From IMG/VR virus record IMGVR_UViG_3300029959_000004, positions 1 to 64,000 of that record: a stretch of DNA of 64,000 nucleotides. One strand, 5' to 3'. This document shows positions 48,573-58,957 of the stretch, in pieces. Position 1 is the first letter of the stretch. Every line of letters begins with the position of its first letter. The notes under the pieces are model-generated. The model did not search any database, was not told where the DNA came from, and saw only the letters and a list, made by a program, of their open reading frames with translations. Both the position numbers and the translations under genes were made by a program. Source of the stretch: a virus.

Positions 48573-48632
48573 GGTCTCATTCAGTTTTGTATTAAACAAA
48601 AGACGGAGATAATGTAACTCTCCGTTTCGACC
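48573..48632 (-). ncRNA. Hammerhead ribozyme, type II, core with a 1-nt insertion (CUGAAUGA); predicted cleavage after GUC (48602/48601)
   Basis: GGUC-GAAA-CGGAGA(GUUACAUUA)UCUCCG-UC-UUUUGU(UUAAU)ACAAAA-CUGAAUGA-GACC; loop I UUAAU can pair with the 3' tail AUUAA. Confidence 0.82.
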
Positions 48633-49387
48633 TTATTTAAGTATTAACCAAACTAATATAATAATAGAAATATATATTAGATGTATAAACCAAGGAAGAA
48701 CCTTCCCTCCTAAGACTAATCCTAAGAAGAAAGCTATGAATTTTCCTTTATTCTTATCTTCCACGTCTTCTCCTTTCTTAACTAAGTGGATAGAAAACTT
48801 AACTGACTGATTCCACCTTCTTTTCTACACCACTTAACAATTTCTCAATGGTGGTCTGTATCTTCGCTCTCAAAGCACCTCCAAAAAGAAAATGATCCAA
48901 TAAAACAACAACACCTACGGTTAAAATAATATCCTGATGATCTTCGTAATACTTTTTCAGACTTTTTAACATTTTTATTTCTCCTTTCGATTTATTTACG
49001 TATTCTAAATCTTCGTCATCCCACCGATAAGAACTTCCTGTTTTTGCTGTAGCGATAACTCTACCATAAATATCAATGTAATCAACTACAATTATGTCTC
49101 CAATAGTTGCAGCGACTTGCCCATTACTCTTTCCTATAACTCTTAAAACATCTCCTTTTTTAAATACAGACATACTTTCACCTCCTTTCTAATTATCTGT
49201 TAATTTATTAACTAAATAAATTATAATCTTATAATCCTCATCTCTTAATAATTTTCCTTCTTTATTAAAATATTTATACTCTGCCGGCAACCCCGCCGTA
49301 ATCCGCGGAAGTTGTTCAAGAGCAATAGTCCAGTTAAGAAAATCCGGATAGGACTTTTTAGCACTTTCCCTTACTTTAAGTAAATCT

Positions 49388-49825
49388 TTAACTTTCATTC
49401 AGCAACTCCGGGTTCTCATAGATATTGCCAATAACGATAAATTTGGGTTTAGGACTAGTATCGCCATCAGATAAACTTATATAATTTCTACCATCTGGTG
49501 TACCGAAACCAACAAGATCATTCCTATAAATTACTGTATTGATTCGTTTACCAACCCAAGAATTTTCCTCAATAATGTCACCTTCATAAATCTCCTTGCC
49601 ATTCTTATCAAGCAAGCCGGTGAATTCTCCTACTGTTTTAGGGTCAACAAACCAAAAACTAAATTCATTGCTAATAATAGTGTCGCCTTTAGAATTAACG
49701 TTAAGATAGCCATAAACCCATTTCCTGGTTTCTATAGTTTTAGCTCTAAATTTAATTAGTCTCATTTTCTTTATATCTTTCACTGCAATTGCAACCGTTC
49801 GTTCTGCTCTAAGTTCATAAAACAT
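49388..49825 (-). CDS. YopX family protein
   Basis: IKFRA, WVYG, TVGEFTGLLDKNGKEIYEGDI and VIGNIYENPELL motifs. Confidence 0.9.
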   Translation of the reverse strand: MFYELRAERTVAIAVKDIKKMRLIKFRAKTIETRKWVYGYLNVNSKGDTIISNEFSFWFVDPKTVGEFTGLLDKNGKEIYEGDIIEENSWVGKRINTVIYRNDLVGFGTPDGRNYISLSDGDTSPKPKFIVIGNIYENPELLNES

Positions 49826-52472
49826 AGCTATCTCCTTTCTAATTCCTAATTTTAAAAAACAATATATCTCTACAAGAAAGTTTTAAACCCTCTCTTATTT
49901 AATCAAAGATTGCATTATTACAGCATATACAATTACTGAACCCACGTTAATTACAATAAACTTAAGCTCTTCTTTCATTCTTTTTTCCTTTTATCTTCTA
50001 TTTTACATAGACAGTCTTTACAAACAAACCATATATTATGTTCCATATTGTAATAACCGCCTTTTATCTCACTTGCTCCTTCTGTTAAACATATATCACA
50101 AGGTATATATATTTTTCTTCTGTCTTCTCTTTTCTGTTCTTCTTGTGTCATTTTAATTTTTCTCCTCTAATCAAGTTTTCTTCACAGTCTCCGGGTCCAT
50201 ATTTAATATTAAATAAATATCCTTTATATTCATAACCAACAAAAACACCTTTGTATTTAGCTTCTTTAAAGTCTTTTTGACTTTTTAAACTTTCCCAAGC
50301 TTTATTATTAGGAGAATAATATAGATTTATTCCACATTCCCCATATTTTAAAGCAATTTCAAACCATTCTAATACATTTTTCTTAGCTTTTTTTAATTCT
50401 TCTATTTCCTGTTCTTCTAAAGTCATTTTAACTCCTCTGTAATTATATCTTCTTGTTCACCTATATAAAAAGCATCGTCTCCGTATTCTCCATCTATTGC
50501 ACTTAATTTAGTGTCGTCTTCAAATACAAGAGTATAATAGTATCCACACAGACCCTTTCTTTTTTGTATAGTCTTTATTGTTTTTCCTATAAAACGTTTT
50601 AAATCTTCTTCCATTATATTCTCCTCTTTAATTCCTCATTTTTAATAACAAAAAATCTATATAGTATAACTCTATTCCAATTATATTATTTAGGGAATTA
50701 AAATAAGACTATTCCTTTATATTGAAAAGTAAATCCTGATAAATAATGCTTTCACTCTTTATTTTCACTTCTTTAGCGTTTTTTAACTGTCTTTTAACAT
50801 AATTCTCTAAAACTTGTATAGCTTTTTCTCTATCCAATTTTATTTCCATCTTATTTTCCTCATTTAACTAAATTAAATATGGTAATTTCGCCTTTTTTCT
50901 CTTTTTCTAACCATATTGATATATCTTTACGAGAAATTTCTCTTGAGAAGAGTATTCCGTTATGTTTATCATCATTTTTGAAGTATTCTATCACACTAAT
51001 TCTTTTAATCCATCTCATAAAATCATTCATTTAAAACTCCATTTTAACCAACCTTTAATTACTTTTTTTAGCCCTTTTAAAGACTTAATATAAGGTACTT
51101 TACCACATATAAAACATACTTCCCACATATTTAGTGGGTCTGCACAACCACAATTCAAACAAAAAGAATCCTTAGCTGATTTTAACTGTTTTCTTAATTC
51201 AATTAAATCAACACATTCATCCAAAATTATTGCTTCGTCAATTTTCATTCTTGATATGTTTCATCCATTGGGAAGAAACTCTTATTTTCTATTGGTTCAA
51301 TCATTTTCTCCAGTAATAATAGTCCAAATAATACCTATTTTTAGCTTATTAAAGTTTTTTTTCAAAAGAAGACAAATCTCATTTACAGAAAAATTGTTTT
51401 TAATAAAATCTGTAGTTTCTTTATCTTTTAAATAAAAATTTGCCATATCAAATACATACCAATAATGTAACCTTTTATTTTTCAATTCTTCAAGTTTTTC
51501 TAATTTTATTTTTAATTTTTTAGTAAGTTTCATTCTTTACTCCTTATCTCACAATACTTACCTCTTAATTGCTTTAATGACATCCGATTAGCTTTCTCAC
51601 GAGTTAATATCTTCTGATCCTCAAACCATTGAACATATTGCCACTTATGAGTTGGAAGCCAAAAATTTCCCATCTTTTCCTCTCTTTCTACCGCCATATT
51701 TTTGGTGGCAAATTACACATAATCTTTTCCAGTCTTCTCTTCTACTTTTTTTACTCATATTATCATCCATCCTAACTCTTTACAACTCTCATAATACGCT
51801 TTAAAATTAACATTCTGTTGAGTTATTCCATTTTTTAAATCACTTTGATACATATCAAAAATATAATCTAAATCTACCAATCTAAAAAACTTTTTTCTTA
51901 TTTCTTCAATTCTACTCATTTATCTTCTCCGATCATATCTTTAGTCATCTTAACTGCTAAAGCTGTTTTTAAGATTCCATCTGCCGCCACTACCCAAACT
52001 AACTCGTTTTCAGTTTCTATTAGTTTACCAAGCAATTCTGTGGTTTTCCTAAGAAATTCATTCTTATCCGGTGTTAATATCTTATCAACTGAAACTATTA
52101 TATTTCCTTCTCTTATTTCCATATTGTTCTCCTATTATACTACAATAAAATCTAATTCCGTCATAATATCTAATACTTCTCTTTCACTTACCTTGAACGC
52201 TTCAGCTATTTCATAAGTGGACATATTGGTTCTCATCAAAGCATTCTTAATTCCTGCAAATACTTCATTTTCCATCTCACTCCTCCTTTAAAATTGCTCA
52301 ATAACTCTGTAAATACTTATTTTACCTTTTCTTTTTAGTTTATTTTTAATAAATTCTTCAATTTTATCACATAATTCATCTTGTTCCTCTTTACTATTAA
52401 CAACTAATTCTCCCTCAAAATATAAAAATCTTAAATTCTCTTTGTTTTTCATCTTATTCCTCATTATAGATA

Positions 52473-52510
52473 ACAAAAAAACCGTCTACTCCTGTTACGA
52501 ATAGACGGTC
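52473..52510 (-). terminator. Intrinsic terminator
   Basis: ACCGUCUAUUC(GUAACAG)GAGUAGACGGU followed by a U tract. Confidence 0.75.
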
Positions 52511-53062
52511 ATTAGAAAACTTAATTTTTAGTTTATCCATCTCTCTCCTTAAGAAAATGGACGTTGATAATATGTTAATTCATTGTATTTCCTATTCTTT
52601 TATTATAGTAGAGCTGGTTTTCTCCACTTCTTATATTATGATATATTAGGATACTCACCAGCTCTTCTTTCTATAATAAAACCGGGAATCCTGTTAGTGA
52701 TAGAGGGGGCATCTGCCCTTCCTTTACTATTCACTAAAGCAGATTTAGAACTATCCAAGATTCCCGGCACTTTTACTTTATACATATTTCAATTCCTTCA
52801 TTTAGTTTATCTATAAGATTATGTAATAAACCTTTACATTTTTTACATATTGTGTATCTTTTTACTTCTTCTTTATTTAAAGGTTTATTACACTCTTGGC
52901 ATTTTTCTGTCTTTCCCACGCTTAACTCCTTTTAGTCATTATCTATAAAATCCACTTCTTTTTCTCTATCGCTTTGCCTCTCTGTTCTGCCACATAAACA
53001 TCTTGAGCATTCTCCAGGAACCTCTCTACCGCAAACACAAATCCAAGTAGGTTCTATCATTT

Positions 53063-53344
53063 TTATTCTCCTAATATAGAATTAACTAACTTATTAGTTT
53101 CATCTGAAGTAATTTCTTGTTCTATTTCAACGTTTTCTGGTAGTTTTTTATGTTTTAATAACAAGCTAATCCAGTCTTTATGTTTGCAGTAATTACGATA
53201 TATTCCAGATAAACAAGAGCAAACATATTGTTTTTTGTCTTTTACTAATCTGTAATTCTGAGAAAACTCTCCATTTAAGAACTTAGATATTACATATTCC
53301 GAAGAATTTTTCTTATGTACTATATAATTTATATCTTTGTGCAT
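53063..53344 (-). CDS. SWIM zinc-finger protein
   Basis: CSC...CKH. Confidence 0.7.
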   Translation of the reverse strand: MHKDINYIVHKKNSSEYVISKFLNGEFSQNYRLVKDKKQYVCSCLSGIYRNYCKHKDWISLLLKHKKLPENVEIEQEITSDETNKLVNSILGE

Positions 53345-54109
53345 TTATTTTATAACCTCAACTCTAACATTTAACAATCCATCATTAATATTTCCTATTC
53401 TTTTAAATGCCTCCGGAGTTAAATCTATTACTCTACCCGGTTTTAGTGTACCGCAATCATTATGACGTACTATAACTGACTTTCCATTATCAATATTAGT
53501 TACTTTATAAGATTTTCCATAGGTTTTAATTCCTTTCTTTAATGCACAAGTTAATTCATTAGCATTAAAGCGTTCTCCTGTTGCTGTAATTGTATCCTTA
53601 TAAAAAGAAGCTTTACCTATCATAACTTTAACTCCAACTAAATTGGCTCTAATATAATCTAAATTCAATCCTTTTCCTGGACATTCCTCGTGATGCCTTT
53701 CAATATTACTAATTCTCAACTGATTTAAAAGAGATATTAACGACTTTTTTTGTGCTTCCGTAAACTTATCATTACCGGTTAAACATATTCCAACTAAATT
53801 ATTGCGACCTTTAGAGTGAGCTCCTATTTTATTGATATTACGACCTTTTTCAATACTACCATCTGTTCTAATTACAAAATGATATCCAATACCATCAAAA
53901 CCTCGTGCTTTATGCCAAGTATCAATAGTTTTAGCACTTACATCCGCAGAAGCCGAATGATGTATTACAGCTCTGCTAAGATCCATTTGCGATATTGTAG
54001 CATTTATCTTCTTTATAGCTCTATTTCTAGTATGCCCCGCAGCAAAAGCTGAACTATTGAATACTAATAAGAAAACCAAAGCTAAATATATTTTCTTTTT
54101 GTTATTCAT
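53345..54109 (-). CDS. Signal-peptide-bearing N-acetylmuramoyl-L-alanine amidase (Amidase_2) fused to an RlpA-like DPBB domain
   Basis: N-terminal signal ending AFA; IHHSA, IGYHFVI, GAH and CPG; then GKASFY, TATGERF, TCA and VIDLT. Confidence 0.85.
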   Translation of the reverse strand: MNNKKKIYLALVFLLVFNSSAFAAGHTRNRAIKKINATISQMDLSRAVIHHSASADVSAKTIDTWHKARGFDGIGYHFVIRTDGSIEKGRNINKIGAHSKGRNNLVGICLTGNDKFTEAQKKSLISLLNQLRISNIERHHEECPGKGLNLDYIRANLVGVKVMIGKASFYKDTITATGERFNANELTCALKKGIKTYGKSYKVTNIDNGKSVIVRHNDCGTLKPGRVIDLTPEAFKRIGNINDGLLNVRVEVIK

Positions 54110-55050
54110 ATTCTTTTATGCTGGATTAGCGTATTCGCTTTCATCCGCTACTTTACCACTTAATAACACAATAATACCGAGTAATATATTCATATTTATC
54201 TCCTATGTTTCGCTAAAGTCAATCCAGCCCAATCTATATGAGCATATCCTTGTTCCTTAGTATTCTTCATATAAAACTTGCAATTCATAGTCATCCAAAG
54301 ACTTTTCGGACTATTAAACGGTCTAATCTCCATAATACGTAAAAACTCTTCTCTTTTATGCAACTCTTCAAATTCCTTGTCTAATCCTTCTCTTGAACCA
54401 GTAAAAACAACAGATTTAACTCCTAAAGAGTTAAATTCTTCTAACAATTCGTCTTTTTCTGTCTTATGCTCCAAAAGTAACATATTTAACTCCATATTGC
54501 TTTTTAAATCTATTTTTCTAATGAAAACGTTTTCTTTTCTGTGTATAACTCTGTTAATAACTAATCCTAACTTATTAACAAACTTATTAACTTTTATGTG
54601 ATTTCCTTCACAAAAACCTTTAAAAAAATTTATGTATAACAAGATAAAACACAAGAAAACTCTTTTTATTAGTTTATAACTTGACGATTGCCTCATTAAA
54701 GTAATGAGTATCAACCGTCTTTACTACAAAAGACTTACCTCTTGAAACTTCAATACCTAACTTCTTTAAAGCAGAATACAACGCCTGAATATGTATCTTG
54801 TCGCAATCAAGCATTTCTGCCGTAATCTTAGTAATCTCTGCTTTGTTAGCCTTCTCACTTCTTAAGAAATCAAGAAGTTTATTGCTAACGCTGTTAACCC
54901 TAACTCTTGAAACACTTGCTAAAGCGTCAAACTCATTTAATAAACTCATTTTAATCCCCCTTTTTATTAGTTAATTTGCGACTATTCTTTAATAAATAGT
55001 TTTTGCTGTTAGATACTTAACTAATTTTAGGAGTTTTCTTGTGCTTTAAC

Positions 55051-55062
55051 TTGTCAAAGATC
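55051..55062 (-). promoter_or_regulatory. boxA antitermination element in the leader of the leftward early operon
   Basis: GATCTTTGACAA about 40 nt downstream of the putative promoter. Confidence 0.65.
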
Positions 55063-55104
55063 CGTGCTATTTCCTAATTACTCTTGCTTGCTTCTTACTC
55101 TCTT

Positions 55105-55132
55105 ACTATAACACTATAAGAAAATATGTAAA
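55105..55132 (-). promoter_or_regulatory. Putative early sigma70 promoter (TTTACA-N16-TATAGT, extended -10)
   Basis: Motif match at the head of the leftward gene block. Confidence 0.5.
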
Positions 55133-55498
55133 GATAAATTCAATCAAACTTGTTTTCTCAAGACTTCAAAAGCCGACTATACTAAACATACTATCAAGAT
55201 AATACTATAATAGTATAATAATAAGAGATAATACTCAATACTTAAAAGCTCGTCGCTGTTAAGTAAATCTTATACTAAGTCAATAGTCTTTTTCTCTATC
55301 TATATGCACGGGTACAGTTTAGCTATGCGTTCCGAGAGTAAAAATAGACTCGACTGTTCCTTTCTCTGAATTTAACCTTATTTATTACAACGTATTGTGT
55401 GTATAATTGCTTGTTAATGAGTGTTTATGTCATATTCTTATTTATTTTGTATAATTTATGATTATTTAGATTAATTTTAAAAATAGTTAAAATAAGTC

Positions 55499-55528
55499 TT
55501 GACAAATGATTGATTTTGTATATAAATA
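55499..55528 (+). promoter_or_regulatory. Phage promoter TTGACA-N16-TATAAATA heading the structural operon
   Basis: ttgacaaatgattgattttgtatataaata. Confidence 0.7.
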
Positions 55529-55770
55529 TATATGAGAGCTATGAATATTGATACTATATTTATTTTTAATATAACTACATATATAACAACAAGTTAAGTA
55601 TAAAATGAGTAAAAAAAGAGTATTTAGAAGAGAAACTAAGAGTATATCTGAACAAGTAGAAGATCACTTTAAGTATATGTCTCACAAGGGAGCTAGAAAG
55701 CAGAAAATTGTTAATTTTAAAGACCCTCTGTGGAGACCGAACGGAAATTTAATAGAATAAAGGAAATAAT

Positions 55771-56046
55771 ATGTCAAACAACAGCAGAATCAATCCGATG
55801 TATATAGATACTACTGGATCTTTAATAGGAGTTAATACAAGAATATCTATTAATGGTATTTTAGTATTACCTAGTAATGCTACTTGGGCTATAACAATTA
55901 AGAATGGTGCTGGAGATACAATTTTCTTTGCAGATAACGTTGGTTCTAACGGGGCTATGCCTCCGTGTGTTCCTTTTTGGTCTACTGGATTAGAAGTAAC
56001 TACTTTAACTAATTGTACGGCGTTAATTTATACGAATCCTAGTTAA
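55771..56046 (+). CDS. Small beta-rich protein (possibly virion-associated)
   Basis: AAGGA RBS; located at the start of the late operon. Confidence 0.5.
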   Translation: MSNNSRINPMYIDTTGSLIGVNTRISINGILVLPSNATWAITIKNGAGDTIFFADNVGSNGAMPPCVPFWSTGLEVTTLTNCTALIYTNPS

Positions 56047-56052
56047 CTAACT

Positions 56053-56127
56053 GCTCGATAAGCATAGACAGCGATGCAGTGGTTTTGTAAACCACAGAGC
56101 TCAGTGCATGTCTGAGATTGAGCTCCA
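56053..56127 (+). tRNA. tRNA-Thr(UGU), atypical, CCA encoded
   Basis: Acceptor GCUCGAU/AUUGAGC, D stem GCAU/AUGC, anticodon stem GUGGU/ACCAC with loop UUUGUAA, T stem CUCAG/CUGAG, 3' UCCA. Confidence 0.85.
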
Positions 56128-56219
56128 TTTAACAGTAAAGGAGATAAAGATGAACAAAAATTTAGAAATTCTGTTATGGGGTACAGATGAAGAGTTTCAC
56201 AACCTATTGAGAGAACTAC

Positions 56220-56999
56220 GTGATAGACAAAACGAAGAAAAGAGTTCTGACTGAAGACTCACCATATAGAGATAAAGCGGATGTTAATATAGTAAGTAAG
56301 AGAGCGTTGAAATTAGGTGTAGAGGGTCTTTTTACAGACAAAGAAGAAATTAAACTAGCTAAAGAGCTAGAAAAGAAGTATCTGACTGAATACAACATAG
56401 AAACAGTCTCAGATAAGAATCTATTATACTATCTAATCTACTTAGAGGTATTACATACAGCAAAGCTTCAAAAAACAGCTAACGAGTTCACCGTAAGCAA
56501 TGATAACCTACCGTTGCAACTTCTAGATGCAATTCACAAGAATATAAATCAAATAATAGAGATTAAAGATAAGCTTGGACTTACAAAAAAAGAAGAAGTC
56601 TCAAACGACGCTTATCAGTCGTTGGAGCTTCTGAAGAAGAAGTTCAAAGTTTGGGCAGAGAACAATCAGGCTTCACGAACTTTAGTATGTCCTCACTGTT
56701 CACAGATGATTATGTTAAAGATGCGTACAGAAGCTTGGGAAGCTCAAAAACACACATTTTTTAAAGACAGACTACTGGGTAATGAATCGCTAATACGTCT
56801 CTATAAGTTAGGAAGACTAACTAAAGAGGAAGTAGCTTCCGTTTTAGGTACTAGTTCAGACTATACAGAGTGGCTGATAAATCATTGGAGTGTAGATGTA
56901 AACACTCCTTCCAAAGCAGGCATACACTCTGAACAAGAAGCTACAGAAGTTAAGAAAGAAAACAATGTAGAAAAAGAAATTGTTCAAGAAGAAAAGTAG
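56220..56999 (+). CDS. Possible terminase small subunit
   Basis: Helical protein with CPHC and HTH-like end, directly upstream of terL; call rests on position. Confidence 0.45.
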   Translation: MIDKTKKRVLTEDSPYRDKADVNIVSKRALKLGVEGLFTDKEEIKLAKELEKKYLTEYNIETVSDKNLLYYLIYLEVLHTAKLQKTANEFTVSNDNLPLQLLDAIHKNINQIIEIKDKLGLTKKEEVSNDAYQSLELLKKKFKVWAENNQASRTLVCPHCSQMIMLKMRTEAWEAQKHTFFKDRLLGNESLIRLYKLGRLTKEEVASVLGTSSDYTEWLINHWSVDVNTPSKAGIHSEQEATEVKKENNVEKEIVQEEK

Positions 57000-57008
57000 T
57001 AGCGGCCG

Positions 57009-57190
57009 TGTATTAGTCACAAATCAATGGATTCAAGGCATCGTCGCTCACTAGTTAGGCGTAAGGCTCTATACCTTGAAAACTCTATTCTGAGTACAGT
57101 AGTGTAATATTTAACTACTAAAGTCTAATTAGCTTGTTTATTAGTATATCTTAAAACTAACTAGTTTTAGAGTAAATTTTAATATAGATA
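57009..57190 (+). ncRNA. Conserved non-coding element, copy 2 (homologous to 25297-25470)
   Basis: Same collinear blocks, with compensatory changes in hairpins. Confidence 0.6.
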
Positions 57191-57342
57191 GTGAAGGAGT
57201 CTTTAAAGAATTAAACAGATTTATTACAACACTATTTAGAGTAATTAAATATTATTAAAAAAGATTTTACTACGAAGCAACATGAATTTTATGTTGCTGA
57301 GACCAAGCAAAGCTTGGTAGTGTGAAGAACTATTAAGTCATT

Positions 57343-58935
57343 ATGCTTTTAGAAAAAATAGAAGAATCCGAATTAGAGTTTTTAGAACTATTAAACTATC
57401 CAATATCTTTTATAGAAACTGTATTTAGTAATCTAGATAATTTAACATTACTAGAAGAAGATACTTTCAGTAATGTAAGACTATATCAATTTCCTTTACT
57501 TTCTTATGAGTATTTAGTAGATAATATACCTCATTTTAGCGAAAAAGAGAATTTTAAGTTAAAAGAGAACAGTGGCAGTATTTATTGTTTTGGAGGACGT
57601 AGATTTGGTAAAACACTATTGGTAGAGATAGCAGATTTATTACTTTCAATGGTTCATAATAACGGTGAATCTTGTGGATTTAGTTCTTTTGATGCTATGC
57701 ACATAAGAAGCATACTAGAGAAAGTAATACAAGTATTAGAGAATCACGTGTTCTTTCAAATATTTGAAGCTCAAATAAATAGAAGCCCTACTTATAGAAT
57801 TTTTCTTAAAAGAAATGGATACTGTTGCGAATCTATAAACATGAACTTGAGTGGTGAAAATTCCGGAGGACAGTTCTTTCAGAAGCATCTTACTAGACTG
57901 TACGTGGAAGAGGCTAGTTTTGAAACTCAGAAGGTATATGAGAAGAGACTAGATGCTATAAGTGAAAACGGCTGTGTTAATAGAATAGCTGGAATGACTA
58001 ACTTTACTAAATATAGTCCAGCAGGTAAAGCTTTTTATGATTTAACTAGAAAATCTTTATTAATTAACTATCCTCAGTACGTAAATCCAAAATGGGGTGA
58101 AGCTGAAAAACAGAGAGCTATTAGAGAGCATGGCGGGGAAGATTCGATGGGTTATAGAATCTTCGTTAGAGGAGAAGTAGTTGAAGATGGCGTATCCGCT
58201 ATAGATATGGAAAGAGTTCGTAAGAACTATAATACTAAGAAAACCATTAAACATATAGAAGTTAGTAAAGAAAACTTTGGTAATTTTGAAAATATAATAA
58301 TAGTAGAAAGACCTCTTAATTCAGATAGATTGTTTGTGTGTGCTGACATTGGTGAAGCGATTACTGAAATAGTTCTTGTTTCGGAAGTTAATAATAAATA
58401 TTATTATCTATATAACATTACTTTATATAATCTAAGCGATAAAGAACAATTTAAGATTTTTAAGTACATAGGTGAAAAAACATCCGCTAATTTAATTGGA
58501 TTAGACGTTACTGATGGTATGGGTAGAGCAATTTATCGTTCATTAGAAGAAGTTTTTCCTAAAGAAAATCTTTGTTGGGTAGGATTTAACGAAAAGATTA
58601 GAGTAGAGATAGAAAAAGACGATAAAGATAATGTTATACTTAAGGATGGTAAACCGGTTTGGAAAGAGGAATATGTTGATAGTTGGTCTGTAAAGAGATT
58701 AAGAGATTTATTATATGAAGAGGGAAAATTCGAACTGCCTTTAGATTATAAATTTGATTCTCAATTAAATCAAGTAATCGCTACTCAGTCTGGAAATAGA
58801 ACGCTATACACGTGTATTTCAGCAGAAGATCACTTATTCGCCGCTTTTAGAGTGTTTGGAATAACAGAGTGGACAAATTATTTAACTATAGTAAAAAATA
58901 TTAAAAAGAAGAAATTTTTTAAATCCGGGGTATGA
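57343..58935 (+). CDS. terL: Terminase large subunit
   Basis: GGRRFGKT Walker A, LYVEEAS Walker B, nuclease motifs ADIG, LDVTDGMG and EDHLFAA. Confidence 0.85.
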   Translation: MLLEKIEESELEFLELLNYPISFIETVFSNLDNLTLLEEDTFSNVRLYQFPLLSYEYLVDNIPHFSEKENFKLKENSGSIYCFGGRRFGKTLLVEIADLLLSMVHNNGESCGFSSFDAMHIRSILEKVIQVLENHVFFQIFEAQINRSPTYRIFLKRNGYCCESINMNLSGENSGGQFFQKHLTRLYVEEASFETQKVYEKRLDAISENGCVNRIAGMTNFTKYSPAGKAFYDLTRKSLLINYPQYVNPKWGEAEKQRAIREHGGEDSMGYRIFVRGEVVEDGVSAIDMERVRKNYNTKKTIKHIEVSKENFGNFENIIIVERPLNSDRLFVCADIGEAITEIVLVSEVNNKYYYLYNITLYNLSDKEQFKIFKYIGEKTSANLIGLDVTDGMGRAIYRSLEEVFPKENLCWVGFNEKIRVEIEKDDKDNVILKDGKPVWKEEYVDSWSVKRLRDLLYEEGKFELPLDYKFDSQLNQVIATQSGNRTLYTCISAEDHLFAAFRVFGITEWTNYLTIVKNIKKKKFFKSGV

Positions 58936-58957
58936 TAATAAAAAATCAGAGGCATAA

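Noticed and set aside
286-54601. Numerous + strand ORFs in the ORF track within the leftward block, and - strand ORFs at 56216, 58060 and 61397
   Set aside because: Antisense shadows of well-supported genes, lacking RBS and recognisable motifs.
55200-55400. Genome terminus or replication origin at the strand switch (imperfect inverted repeat agtcttttt...aaaaatagact)
   Set aside because: Plausible, but there are no iterons or terminal repeat evidence in the window; read-coverage data would be needed.
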